35,001 bases of DNA from Armatimonadota bacterium. Lineage in GTDB: Bacteria > Sysuimicrobiota > Sysuimicrobiia > Sysuimicrobiales > Kaftiobacteriaceae. The position numbers were made by a program, and so were the translations under genes. This document shows, in pieces, positions 16,045-24,679 of this stretch. Below the pieces are notes generated by a model that saw nothing but the letters and a program-made list of their open reading frames with translations, did not search any database and was not told where the DNA came from. The DNA lies in contig JBBIUY010000030.1 in the NCBI GenBank assembly GCA_037440005.1, positions 1 to 35,001 on the forward strand, given 5' to 3'. Position 1 is the first letter of the stretch. Each line of letters starts with the position of its first letter.

Positions 16045-17462
16045 TCGCGCCGGCCGCCCGGGTCCACTTCGTCGGCGTGGGAGGGGCGGGCATGAGCGCC
16101 CTGGCCCGCGTCCTGCTGGCCCGGGGCTACCGGGTCAGCGGGTGCGACCTCCGCGACTCTGAGGCCACCCGCCGCCTGGCGGCGGCCGGGGTGGAGGTGT
16201 GCCTGGGCCACGACCCGGCCCACGTGGCCGCCGCCGACGCGGTGGTGGCCTCCCGGGCCGTCCCCGACCTCACCCCGGAGCTCGTGGCGGCCCGCTCCCG
16301 GGGCGTGCCGGTCTACCACCGGGCCCAGGTCCTGGCCCACGTCCTCGCCGAGGGGTACGGGATCGCGGTGGTGGGTACCCACGGCAAGACCACCACCGCC
16401 GCCATGACGACCCACGTGCTGGCCGCCGCCGGTCAGGACCCCACCGCCCTGATCGGAGCCGACGTGGACGGCCTGCAGGGCAACGTGCGCCTGGGCTCCG
16501 GCCGCTGGGTGGTGGCCGAGGTGGACGAGTCCGACGGCTCGCTGCTGTACGTCCGGCCCGCGGCCGCGGTGGTCACCAGCCTGGACACCACCGACCACCG
16601 CGACTACTACCGCACGGCCGGGCGGCTGGTGGAGACCTTCGCGCGGTTTCTCTCCCAGCTCCCCCCCCAGGGGTTTGTGGTCCTGTGCACCGACTACCGG
16701 TACGTCCGGGACCTGCAGCCGCGGGTGCGGGCGCGCGTGGTGACCTACGGGCTGTCCGGACGCCCGGACCTGAGCGCGCAGATCCAGACCCTGGCCGGGT
16801 CGCAGACCCGCTGCGTGTTCGTGCGGGGCGGCCGCGCCCTGGGGCCGGTGACGCTGACGGTGCCCGGCCGGTACAACGTCCGCAACGCCCTGGCCGCCAC
16901 CGCGGTGGCCCTGGAGCTGGGCGTGGACTTTGAGCGCATCGCATCGGCCCTGCAGACGTTCGGTGGGGTGAGCCGGCGGTTTTCGGTGCGGGGCGAGGTG
17001 GGCGGGGTGATGGTGGTGGACGACTACGCCCACAACCCCGTCAAGGTGGCGGCGGTCCTGCGGGCGGCCCGGGAGTCGTGGCCGGACCGGCGGGTGATCG
17101 CCGTCTTCCAGCCCCACCGGTACACCCGCACCCGGACCACGTACCGCCGGTTCGCCACCGCCTTCGCCGACGCCGACGAGCTGATCGTCACCGAGCTGTA
17201 TCCGGCCGACGAGCCTCCCCTCCCGGGGGTGGGGGCGTCCCTGATCGTCAACGCCGTGCGCCCGCACCGGCCGGTCACCTTCCTTCCCGACCCCTCCGAG
17301 GTGGTGGACCACCTGCTGTCGCGGGTGCGGGCCGGCGACCTGGTCCTCACCCTGGGAGCGGGAGACATCGGCCGCGTGGCCGATGCCCTGGTGGCCGCCC
17401 TGCGGGAGCGCGAGCCGTCTCCGGGATCCCCCGGGGCTGACGGCCGGGGGGTGGGCCGGTGA
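16041..17462 (+). CDS. murC: UDP-N-acetylmuramate--L-alanine ligase
   Basis: GVGGAGMS, GTHGKTTT, EVDESDGS, DDYAHNP and FQPHRYTRT. Confidence 0.97.
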   Translation: MIAPAARVHFVGVGGAGMSALARVLLARGYRVSGCDLRDSEATRRLAAAGVEVCLGHDPAHVAAADAVVASRAVPDLTPELVAARSRGVPVYHRAQVLAHVLAEGYGIAVVGTHGKTTTAAMTTHVLAAAGQDPTALIGADVDGLQGNVRLGSGRWVVAEVDESDGSLLYVRPAAAVVTSLDTTDHRDYYRTAGRLVETFARFLSQLPPQGFVVLCTDYRYVRDLQPRVRARVVTYGLSGRPDLSAQIQTLAGSQTRCVFVRGGRALGPVTLTVPGRYNVRNALAATAVALELGVDFERIASALQTFGGVSRRFSVRGEVGGVMVVDDYAHNPVKVAAVLRAARESWPDRRVIAVFQPHRYTRTRTTYRRFATAFADADELIVTELYPADEPPLPGVGASLIVNAVRPHRPVTFLPDPSEVVDHLLSRVRAGDLVLTLGAGDIGRVADALVAALREREPSPGSPGADGRGVGR

Positions 17463-18403
17463 CGGGCCTGTCCGCGCGGGCAGAGGTGGTCCGCGTCCTG
17501 CGGACCCTGTGCCGGGACGTGCGGGAAGGCGAACCCCTCTCGCGCCACGTCTCCTTTCGGATCGGCGGGCCCGCGGACGTCCTGGTGGTGCCCCGCTCGG
17601 CGGACGAGCTGCGGGCCGTGGTCGGCTGGATGTTCGCCGCGCGGCTGCCGTTTGTGGTACTGGGCCAGGGCTCCAACGTCCTCATCGCCGACGCCGGCAT
17701 TCGGGCGGTGGTCCTCAAGATCGGCAAAGGGCTGGACGGGGTGGTCTTCGACGGCGACCGGGTCACCGCCCAGGCCGGCGCCGGCCTGCCCTTCCTGGCC
17801 CGGGCCGCCGCCGCGCGGGGGCTGGCGGGCCTGGAGTTCGCAGCGGGCATCCCCGCGTCGGTGGGCGGGGCGGTGGTGATGAACGCCGGCGCCCACGGCC
17901 GCGCCATGGCGGACGTGGTGCAGTCCGTGCGGGTCCTGCAGCCCGACGGCGAACGGGTGCTGGCCGCCGGCGAGCTGGCCTACGCCTACCGCACCAGCGC
18001 CCTGCAGCACCGTCCCGCGGTGGTGGTGGACGCCACCCTGCAGCTGCGCCAAAGCGACCCCGCCGCGGTCCGCGAGCTCACCGACCGCTGGCTGGCCCAG
18101 CGGGCGGCCACTCAGCCCCTGGGGCCGCCCAGCTCCGGGTGCGTGTTCCGCAACCCCCCGGGCGACCACGCCGGCCGCCTGATCGACCTGGCCGGGGGCA
18201 AGGGGCTGCAGGTGGGGGGAGCCCGGGTGTCCGAGGTGCACGCCAACTACATCGTCAACACCGGGGGGGCCACCGCCTCCGACGTGCTGGCCCTGATGCG
18301 ACAGGTATCCGGCCTGGTCATGGAGAAATTCGGGGTGAGGTTGGAGCCGGAAATCAAACTGCTGGGGGAGTTTGCACCGGACCAGTTGCCGACGCCGTCC
18401 TAA
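17459..18403 (+). CDS. murB: UDP-N-acetylenolpyruvoylglucosamine reductase
   Basis: FRIGGPA, GQGSN, GIPASVGGAVVMNAGA, SGCVFRNP and HANYIVN. Confidence 0.97.
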   Translation: MTGLSARAEVVRVLRTLCRDVREGEPLSRHVSFRIGGPADVLVVPRSADELRAVVGWMFAARLPFVVLGQGSNVLIADAGIRAVVLKIGKGLDGVVFDGDRVTAQAGAGLPFLARAAAARGLAGLEFAAGIPASVGGAVVMNAGAHGRAMADVVQSVRVLQPDGERVLAAGELAYAYRTSALQHRPAVVVDATLQLRQSDPAAVRELTDRWLAQRAATQPLGPPSSGCVFRNPPGDHAGRLIDLAGGKGLQVGGARVSEVHANYIVNTGGATASDVLALMRQVSGLVMEKFGVRLEPEIKLLGEFAPDQLPTPS

Positions 18404-18443
18404 CCACTGACCTCCATCGTCGAGGCAGCCGTCGCACCTGTCC

Positions 18444-19220
18444 ATGAGCCGCGTCCTCGCCTCCTCACCCGCCTCGCCCGGGGCTTTTCCGCCCCCCCTG
18501 GGATTCCTGGACCTGCTGCTGCGTTTCTCCGCCGCCGTGGCCGCGCTGGCCGCCGCGGCCTCCGTCGGGGCGTCGTCTCTCGTGGTGGTCACCCAGGTGC
18601 AGGTGGTCGGCGCCCGCCGCCTGTCTTCCGCCGCCGTGGCGTCCGCCGCCGGCGTGCGGGTCGGGCAGCGGCTGGCGGAGGTGGACCCCGCCCGCGTCAC
18701 CGAGCGCCTGAGCCGCCATCCGTGGATCGCCCGGGCGTCGGTGCAGGTCTCGCCGACGGGACGGGTGGTCCTGCGGGTGTCCGAGCGCGTCCCCCGGGCC
18801 GCCGTTCCCTACCGCGGGGGATACCTGGTGGTGGACCGGGAGGCGGTGGTCCTCGACCGCACGGGCGATCCGGGCGCGCTGCCGGTGGTGAGCGTGGACG
18901 GCGCGCCGCCGCCGTGGGGGGAGGTGGGCGAGCGGGTTCCGCTGGCCGGCGTGGTGGCGGCGGTGCGGATCCTCGACAGGCTGCCCGCGGCGGAGGTGGA
19001 GCGGGGCGCGCGGGTGCGGCTCACCGCCGACGGCGAGGTGGTGATGACCACCGCCGACGGGCTCACCGTCCTGCTGGGCCCCGGTGGGATGGCGGACCAG
19101 CGGGCGGCGATCCTTCCGGCGGCCCTGGAGGCCGCCCGGCGGCGCGGGACGCCGCCGGCGGTGGTGGACCTGAGGTTTTCCGGCAGCGTGTACCTCCGGC
19201 CGGGAGGAGTCCCGCCGTAG
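18444..19220 (+). CDS. ftsQ: Cell division protein FtsQ/DivIB
   Basis: TM segment, POTRA-like region (VQVVG...HPWIARASV...VSERVP) and C-terminal VVDLRF. Lies before ftsA. Confidence 0.85.
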   Translation: MSRVLASSPASPGAFPPPLGFLDLLLRFSAAVAALAAAASVGASSLVVVTQVQVVGARRLSSAAVASAAGVRVGQRLAEVDPARVTERLSRHPWIARASVQVSPTGRVVLRVSERVPRAAVPYRGGYLVVDREAVVLDRTGDPGALPVVSVDGAPPPWGEVGERVPLAGVVAAVRILDRLPAAEVERGARVRLTADGEVVMTTADGLTVLLGPGGMADQRAAILPAALEAARRRGTPPAVVDLRFSGSVYLRPGGVPP

Positions 19221-19229
19221 GCGTGGAAT
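19205..19229 (+). promoter_or_regulatory. Sigma-H-like promoter for ftsA-ftsZ (AGGA-N17-GAAT)
   Basis: AGGA at 19205-19208 and GAAT at 19226-19229. Same layout as at mraZ. B. subtilis ftsAZ has a sigma-H promoter. Confidence 0.6.
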
Positions 19230-19233
19230 GGGC

Positions 19234-19281
19234 CCACAAGATATGGGGAGATCATGCGACGGGGACCACCAGATCTAGACG
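19234..19281. promoter_or_regulatory. Tandem NrdR-box-like pair upstream of ftsA
   Basis: CCACAAGATATGGGGA (19234-19249) and CCACCAGATCTAGACG (19266-19281), 32 bp apart. Both carry the full C-N-A-N-A-T-N-T-N-G core. Confidence 0.7.
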
Positions 19282-19336
19282 CCGCTGCATTCCGGTGGGG
19301 ATCGGGTGCGACGTGAGCGCCGCCCGGGGGGCGACG

Positions 19337-20572
19337 ATGTCGCGCAAGCAGCACGTGGTCGGGTTGGACATCGGCACCACCAAGGTGTGCGCCGTGGTGG
19401 GCGAGGTGGACGACGACGGCGAGGTGCACATCGCCGGGGTGGGCAGCACCCCGTCGTCGGGCATCCGCAAGGGCGTGGTCATCGACATCGACGCCACCAC
19501 CCGGGCCATCGAGGACGCGGTGGAGCGGGCCGAGCGCATGGCCGGCATCACCATCTCCTCCCTGTACGTCGGAGTGTCGGGGGAGCACATCACCTCCACC
19601 AACTCCCGCGGGGTGGTGGCGGTCAGCCGCGGCGACCACGAGATCTCCGCCGCCGACGTGGAGCGGGTCATCGAGGCGGCGCGGATGGCGGCCCTGCCCG
19701 CCTCAGACCGGGAGATCGTCCACATGCTCCCCCGGGGGTTCGTGGTGGACGGCCACGACGGGGTCCGCAACCCGGTGGGCATGTACGGGTCGCGGCTGGA
19801 GGTGGAGGCCCACATCGTCACCGGGACCTCCACGGTCCTGGCCAACCTCCTCAAGTGCGTCCAGCGGGCGGGGCTGGAGCTGGAGGAGATCGTCCTGGAG
19901 CCGCTGGCCTCGGCGGAGGCCGTGCTCACCCCCGCCGAGCGGGAGCTGGGCGTGGTCCTGGCCGACATCGGCGGCGGCACCACCAGCATCGGGGTGTTCG
20001 TCGGCGGCGGCCTGTGCCACACGGCCATCCTGCCGGTGGGCGGCCACCACATCACCAGCGACGTGGCCGTGGGGCTGCGCACGCCGGTGGCCGAGGCGGA
20101 GAAGTTGAAGGTGCGCCACGGCGCCGCGTCGCCGGCCGACACCCGCGAAGGGGAGCTGATCGAGGTGTTCAACGTGGGCGACCGGGAGCCGCGGGTGCTT
20201 CCCCGGCGGGTGTTGTGCGAGATCATCGAACCCCGGCTGCAGGAGATCTGCGGGTTGCTGCGCCTGCAGATCCGGCGCAGCGGCTACGCCCACCTGGTGC
20301 CCGCCGGCATCGTCCTCACCGGGGGCACGGCGCTGCTGCGGGGGATCACCCGGTACGTGAGCGAGCAGTTGGAACTGCCCGCCCGGGTGGGGGTGCCCGA
20401 CCAGGTGGGCGGGCTCACCGACGCGGTGGCGAGCCCCATCTACGCCACCGGGGTGGGGCTGGTCCTGTACGGGGTCCGTCACGGCGGGTCGCATCCGGCC
20501 CGGGGCGCCAACGGCGCCGGGCTGTGGGGCCGGGTGCGGAGCTGGTGGCGCGAACTGGTGCACGGCGGATAG
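19337..20572 (+). CDS. ftsA: Cell division protein FtsA
   Basis: GLDIGTTK, DIGGGTT, GIVLTGG, YATGVGL and a C-terminal amphipathic helix. Confidence 0.98.
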   Translation: MSRKQHVVGLDIGTTKVCAVVGEVDDDGEVHIAGVGSTPSSGIRKGVVIDIDATTRAIEDAVERAERMAGITISSLYVGVSGEHITSTNSRGVVAVSRGDHEISAADVERVIEAARMAALPASDREIVHMLPRGFVVDGHDGVRNPVGMYGSRLEVEAHIVTGTSTVLANLLKCVQRAGLELEEIVLEPLASAEAVLTPAERELGVVLADIGGGTTSIGVFVGGGLCHTAILPVGGHHITSDVAVGLRTPVAEAEKLKVRHGAASPADTREGELIEVFNVGDREPRVLPRRVLCEIIEPRLQEICGLLRLQIRRSGYAHLVPAGIVLTGGTALLRGITRYVSEQLELPARVGVPDQVGGLTDAVASPIYATGVGLVLYGVRHGGSHPARGANGAGLWGRVRSWWRELVHGG

Positions 20573-20584
20573 GGGGAGCGGATC

Positions 20585-21643
20585 ATGGGCCATCTGGATC
20601 GGGACCTGCGCCGGTATGCGGCCATCAAGGTGGTGGGCGTCGGCGGAGGCGGCAGCAACGCGGTGAACCGGATGATCAGCGCCGGGCTGAGGGGGGTGGA
20701 GTTCATCGCCATCAACACCGACGCCCAGGCGCTGGCCCTCAGCAACGCCGACAAGAAGATCCACATCGGCAGCAAGCTCACCAGGGGGCTGGGGGCCGGC
20801 GGGGACCCGGAGGTGGGCCGCCAGGCGGCCGAGGAGAGCAAGGAGGACCTCTACGAGGCCCTGGAGGGGGCCGACATGGTGTTCATCACCGCCGGCATGG
20901 GCGGCGGCACCGGCACCGGCGGGTCCCCGGTGGTGGCGGAGGTGGCCCGGGAGCTGGGAGCCCTGACCATCGGGGTGGTGACCAAGCCGTTCGGGTTCGA
21001 GGGCCGGCGACGGGCCCAGACCGCCGAGGACGGCGCCCGGGCGCTGAAGCAGAAGGTCAACACCCTGATCACCATTCCCAACGACCGGCTGCTGCAGATC
21101 ATCGACCGGACCGCCACCGTGGTGGAGGCGTTCCGGGTGGCCGACGACGTCCTGCGGCAGGGCGTACAGGGGATCGCCGACCTGATCACCGTGCCGGGGC
21201 TGATCAACCTGGACTTCGCCGACGTGCGGACCATCATGCACGAGGCGGGATCGGCCCTGATCGGCATCGGGGTGGCCAGCGGCGAGGACCGGGCCCTGCG
21301 CGCGGCCCAGGCGGCCATCAGCAGCCCCCTGCTGGAGACCTCCATGGAGGGCGCCCGGGGAGTCCTGATCAACGTGACCGGCGGGCTGGACCTGGGGCTG
21401 CTGGAGGTCAGCGAGGCGGCCCAGATCATCAAGGAGGCCGCCGACCCCGACGCCAACATCATCTTCGGCGCCGTCATCGACGACAAGGTGAACGGCGAGG
21501 TGCGCATCACCGTCATCGCCACCGGGTTCGACGCGGGGCGCAAGCCCGTGGAGACCGCCGCCGAGCCCGTGGGCGCCGCCGACGACGGGGTCCGGGCGCT
21601 GATCAACGACCTGGACATTCCCGCCTTCCTGCGGCGGCGCTAG
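20585..21643 (+). CDS. ftsZ: Cell division protein FtsZ
   Basis: [18 protein letters not shown] tubulin signature, INLDFADV and C-terminal DIPAFLR. Confidence 0.99.
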   Translation: MGHLDRDLRRYAAIKVVGVGGGGSNAVNRMISAGLRGVEFIAINTDAQALALSNADKKIHIGSKLTRGLGAGGDPEVGRQAAEESKEDLYEALEGADMVFITAGMGGGTGTGGSPVVAEVARELGALTIGVVTKPFGFEGRRRAQTAEDGARALKQKVNTLITIPNDRLLQIIDRTATVVEAFRVADDVLRQGVQGIADLITVPGLINLDFADVRTIMHEAGSALIGIGVASGEDRALRAAQAAISSPLLETSMEGARGVLINVTGGLDLGLLEVSEAAQIIKEAADPDANIIFGAVIDDKVNGEVRITVIATGFDAGRKPVETAAEPVGAADDGVRALINDLDIPAFLRRR

Positions 21644-21714
21644 GGCCCGACCATCGGGCGCCCCGGGGCCGCCCTCTTCCGTTCCGCGCTCGGCGGCCGT
21701 ACCCTAAGGGTGTC

Positions 21715-22773
21715 GTGAGAGATCTGTTCCCGGAGCCGGAGCGGCTGTCCGGCGTGGTCTCCGAATACTTCCCCGTCACCGGCGTGGCGGACGACGGCGG
21801 CCGGGTGGCCTTCACCGTGCTGGTGCCGCCCGACAGCCGGGAGCGCTTTCTCGCCCTGCGGCGCCGCCTGGAGCCCCTGGGGGTGCTGCCCATGCTGCGG
21901 GAGCGGGACGGACGTCCCGTGCTGACCCTGCTGCCCCGCCCGCCACGGACACCCTGGCGGTGGGCTCCCAACGCCGCGCTGTTTGCCGCCACGCTCCTGA
22001 CCACCTTCCTGGCCGGTTACCTCACCGCGGAGCCGCTGGTGCGGGCGGGCTACCTGTCCTCGGCCGCCGCCGGAGGCGCGAGTTTCGCGGCGGCGCTGAT
22101 GGCGATCCTGGTCACCCACGAGATGGGCCACAAGGTGGTCTCGGTGCTCCGGGGGGTGGACAGCAGCCTGCCGTACTTCATCCCCATGGCGCCCCCCCTG
22201 GGCACCATGGGCGCGGTCATCATCACCCGGACCCCCGCTCCCAACCGCGACGCCCTGATCGACGTGGGCGCCGCCGGCCCCATCGCCGGGTTCGCGGTGG
22301 CCGTGCCGGTCCTGATCGTGGGCATCACCCGCTCGTTCGTCATCCGCCCCACTGACTTCCAGGGCATCACCCTGCCCGACCCCCTGCTGCTGCAGTGGCT
22401 GGTCCGGTGGCTGCTCCACCCTCCGCCCGATGCGGTGGTCCTGGGCCATCCGGTCCTGTTCGCCGGATGGATCGGCCTGCTGGTCACCAGCCTCAACCTC
22501 TTGCCGGCCAGCATGCTGGACGGCGGCCACGCGGTCCGCGCCCTGCTGGGCGGCCGCGCCCACCGCCTGCTGTCGTGGGTGGCGGTGGCGGTGGCGGCGG
22601 CGCTGGGGTACTGGCTGATGGCCCTGCTCATCCTGCTGATGATCCCCCGGGGGCACCCAGGCCCCCTGGACGACGTCTCCCCCGCCAGCCCCAGCCGCCG
22701 GGTGGTGGGGCTGGTCCTGCTGGCCATCTTCGTGGTCAGCGTGGTGCCCCTGGGCGCCCCGTGGTGGCGATGA
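21715..22773 (+). CDS. Site-2 protease family (M50) membrane zinc metalloprotease
   Basis: HEMGH, PYFIP, GTMGA, AAGPIAG and NLLPASMLDGGH. Start is approximate (GTG 21715). Confidence 0.9.
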   Translation: MRDLFPEPERLSGVVSEYFPVTGVADDGGRVAFTVLVPPDSRERFLALRRRLEPLGVLPMLRERDGRPVLTLLPRPPRTPWRWAPNAALFAATLLTTFLAGYLTAEPLVRAGYLSSAAAGGASFAAALMAILVTHEMGHKVVSVLRGVDSSLPYFIPMAPPLGTMGAVIITRTPAPNRDALIDVGAAGPIAGFAVAVPVLIVGITRSFVIRPTDFQGITLPDPLLLQWLVRWLLHPPPDAVVLGHPVLFAGWIGLLVTSLNLLPASMLDGGHAVRALLGGRAHRLLSWVAVAVAAALGYWLMALLILLMIPRGHPGPLDDVSPASPSRRVVGLVLLAIFVVSVVPLGAPWWR

Positions 22774-23930
22774 ACCGGGCGGTGGCGGTCGCGGTGTTTC
22801 GCAAGGAGATGGTGGAGGCCGTGCGCGACCACCGCACGGTGGTGGTGGCGCTGCTGCTGCCGGCGATCCTGATGCCCACCCTGACCGTGGGGCTGCCGGC
22901 TCTGGCCGAACGCCAGCGCCGCGGCCGGGAGGCCGCCCCGGTGACGGTGGCGGTGGAGGGGGAGGCAGCAGACTTGCTGGCCTCCTCGTCCGGGATCCTC
23001 CCCGTCCGGGTGGAAGACCCGCAGGCGGCCCTGGAGTCGGGCGCGGTGGACGCCGTGCTGGTGGTGCGCCCTGCGGGGCCCGGGACCCGGGCCGTCGTCC
23101 TGCTGTACGACCGCACGCGTCCGGGCTCGGTGGTGGCGCGGGCGCGGCTGCAGCAGGCGCTGGCCGCCTACGGCCAGGCGCGGGTGCGCCAGCGCCTGGC
23201 GGAGGCCGGTCTGTCCGAGGCTGACCTGGTCTCCCTGGCCGTCCAGGAGCGCGACGTGGCCGGGCGGTCCCGGCCGGGGCATGTCCTGCTGGCCGGCATC
23301 CTGCCGTTCGTGGTGGTCCTGTGGGCTGTACTGGGCGGCCAGCACGCCGCGCTGGACACCGGCGCCGGCGAGAAGGAACGTCAGACCCTGGACCTGCTGC
23401 TGGCGACCCCCGCCCCCCGGGCGGCCGTGGCCGCGGGGAAGTTTGCGGCGGTGTGGACGACGGCCATGGTGGCCGTGGCCATGGTGGTGGCGAGCACGGT
23501 GGCCAGCCTGTGGGCGGGAGCGCGCCTGCCGGTGGGATTGCCCCCGGTGTCCGTGGCGGTCCGGCCGGCCGCCGCCGCGGGGCTGGCCCTGCTGGCGGCG
23601 GCCGTGGTGGCCTTCCTCGCCGCCGTGCAGCTGGCCCTCAGCCTGGCGGCCCGCACCGTGCGCCAGGCCCAGCAGTACTTCACCCCCGTCTACCTGCTGG
23701 TCAGCATCCCTGCCATGGCGGCCCCCGTGCTGGAGGGATGGGACAAAACCGCCTGGGCCCACCTGGTCCCCGGCCTGGGGGTGGTGTTCGCCTCCCGGGG
23801 GCTGCTGCTGGGCAGCCTTCCCCCCTCTTTTTTGGCCCTGGCCGTCCTCTCCCCCGCGGCCTGCGCCCTGGCGGCCCTGGCCGCCTCGGCACGCCTGTTG
23901 AGCCGCGAGACGGCGCGCGGCGGAGCCTAG
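22770..23930 (+). CDS. ABC-2 type permease, NatB-like
   Basis: VFRKEM..VRD start, AGEKERQTLDLLL motif and multiple TM helices. ATGA overlap with the protease gene. Confidence 0.85.
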   Translation: MNRAVAVAVFRKEMVEAVRDHRTVVVALLLPAILMPTLTVGLPALAERQRRGREAAPVTVAVEGEAADLLASSSGILPVRVEDPQAALESGAVDAVLVVRPAGPGTRAVVLLYDRTRPGSVVARARLQQALAAYGQARVRQRLAEAGLSEADLVSLAVQERDVAGRSRPGHVLLAGILPFVVVLWAVLGGQHAALDTGAGEKERQTLDLLLATPAPRAAVAAGKFAAVWTTAMVAVAMVVASTVASLWAGARLPVGLPPVSVAVRPAAAAGLALLAAAVVAFLAAVQLALSLAARTVRQAQQYFTPVYLLVSIPAMAAPVLEGWDKTAWAHLVPGLGVVFASRGLLLGSLPPSFLALAVLSPAACALAALAASARLLSRETARGGA

Positions 23931-24029
23931 CCCCGTCCGGGCGGTCTGGCCGCCCTCTCAGGCCGCCGGGGGGCCGCAGGGTGCCTCCAGAAGGCGGGGA
24001 CCCCGGCGGAATTCGGCGGAAAAGAGCCG

Positions 24030-24058
24030 TTGACACACAACAGGTGGGGGCCTAGAAT
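24030..24058 (+). promoter_or_regulatory. Sigma70/sigmaA promoter of nrdR-nrdJ
   Basis: TTGACA (24030-24035), 17-nt spacer, TAGAAT (24053-24058). Confidence 0.85.
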
Positions 24059-24081
24059 CGGGGATGCCCCAGATGTTGTGG
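24035..24081. promoter_or_regulatory. Tandem NrdR boxes
   Basis: ACACAACAGGTGGGGG (24035-24050) and GCCCCAGATGTTGTGG (24066-24081), 31 bp apart, overlapping the promoter. They resemble the consensus acaCwAtATaTwGtgt. Confidence 0.85.
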
Positions 24082-24093
24082 GGCGCCCGCGTC

Positions 24094-24621
24094 ATGCGCT
24101 GCCCGTACTGCTCGCACGAGGACAGCAGGGTCTTAGACTCCCGCCCGGTGGACGACGGGGCGGCCATCCGCCGTCGGCGGGAGTGTCCCCGCTGCAGCCG
24201 GCGCTTTACCACCTACGAGCGGATGGACCACGCGCCCGTCATGGTGGTGAAGCGGGACGGGCGCCGGGAGCCGTTTGACCGGGCCAAGGTCCTGCGCGGC
24301 CTGATGCTGGCCTGCGGCAAGCGGCCGGTCAGCATGGACGACCTGGAGCGGATCGTGGCCGAGGTGGAGCGGGAGGTCACCGGCCGCGGCGACCGGGAGG
24401 TCAGCTCGCTGCAGATCGGGGCCCTGGTGATGGAACGGCTGCGGCGGCTGGACGACGTGGCCTACGTGCGGTTCGCCTCCGAGCACCGGCGGTTCCGGGA
24501 CCTGGACATGCTGGTGGAGGAAGCGGAGACCCTCAAGGAGCGCAAGCGGCGGGAGGAAGCCCTGCGCGCCCAGGTCCCCCTGTTGTCCGTCGAAGGCGGT
24601 CCGACCAAGACACCCTCGTAA
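24094..24621 (+). CDS. nrdR: Transcriptional repressor NrdR
   Basis: MRCPYC...VLDSR...IRRRRECPRC..RFTTYE zinc ribbon, ATP cone (VVKRDG) and LDDVAYVRFAS. Confidence 0.98.
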   Translation: MRCPYCSHEDSRVLDSRPVDDGAAIRRRRECPRCSRRFTTYERMDHAPVMVVKRDGRREPFDRAKVLRGLMLACGKRPVSMDDLERIVAEVEREVTGRGDREVSSLQIGALVMERLRRLDDVAYVRFASEHRRFRDLDMLVEEAETLKERKRREEALRAQVPLLSVEGGPTKTPS

Positions 24622-24679
24622 CCGCAGGGACGGCCGCGCCCGGTCCAGCCGGACGCGCAGGCCGACTGTTCCGGAAGGG

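Noticed and set aside
19306..21714. Apparent 1155-aa ORF with a giant N-terminal extension on the site-2 protease
   Set aside because: The extension is an off-frame reading of ftsA and ftsZ. Only the part from about 21715 looks like a real protein.
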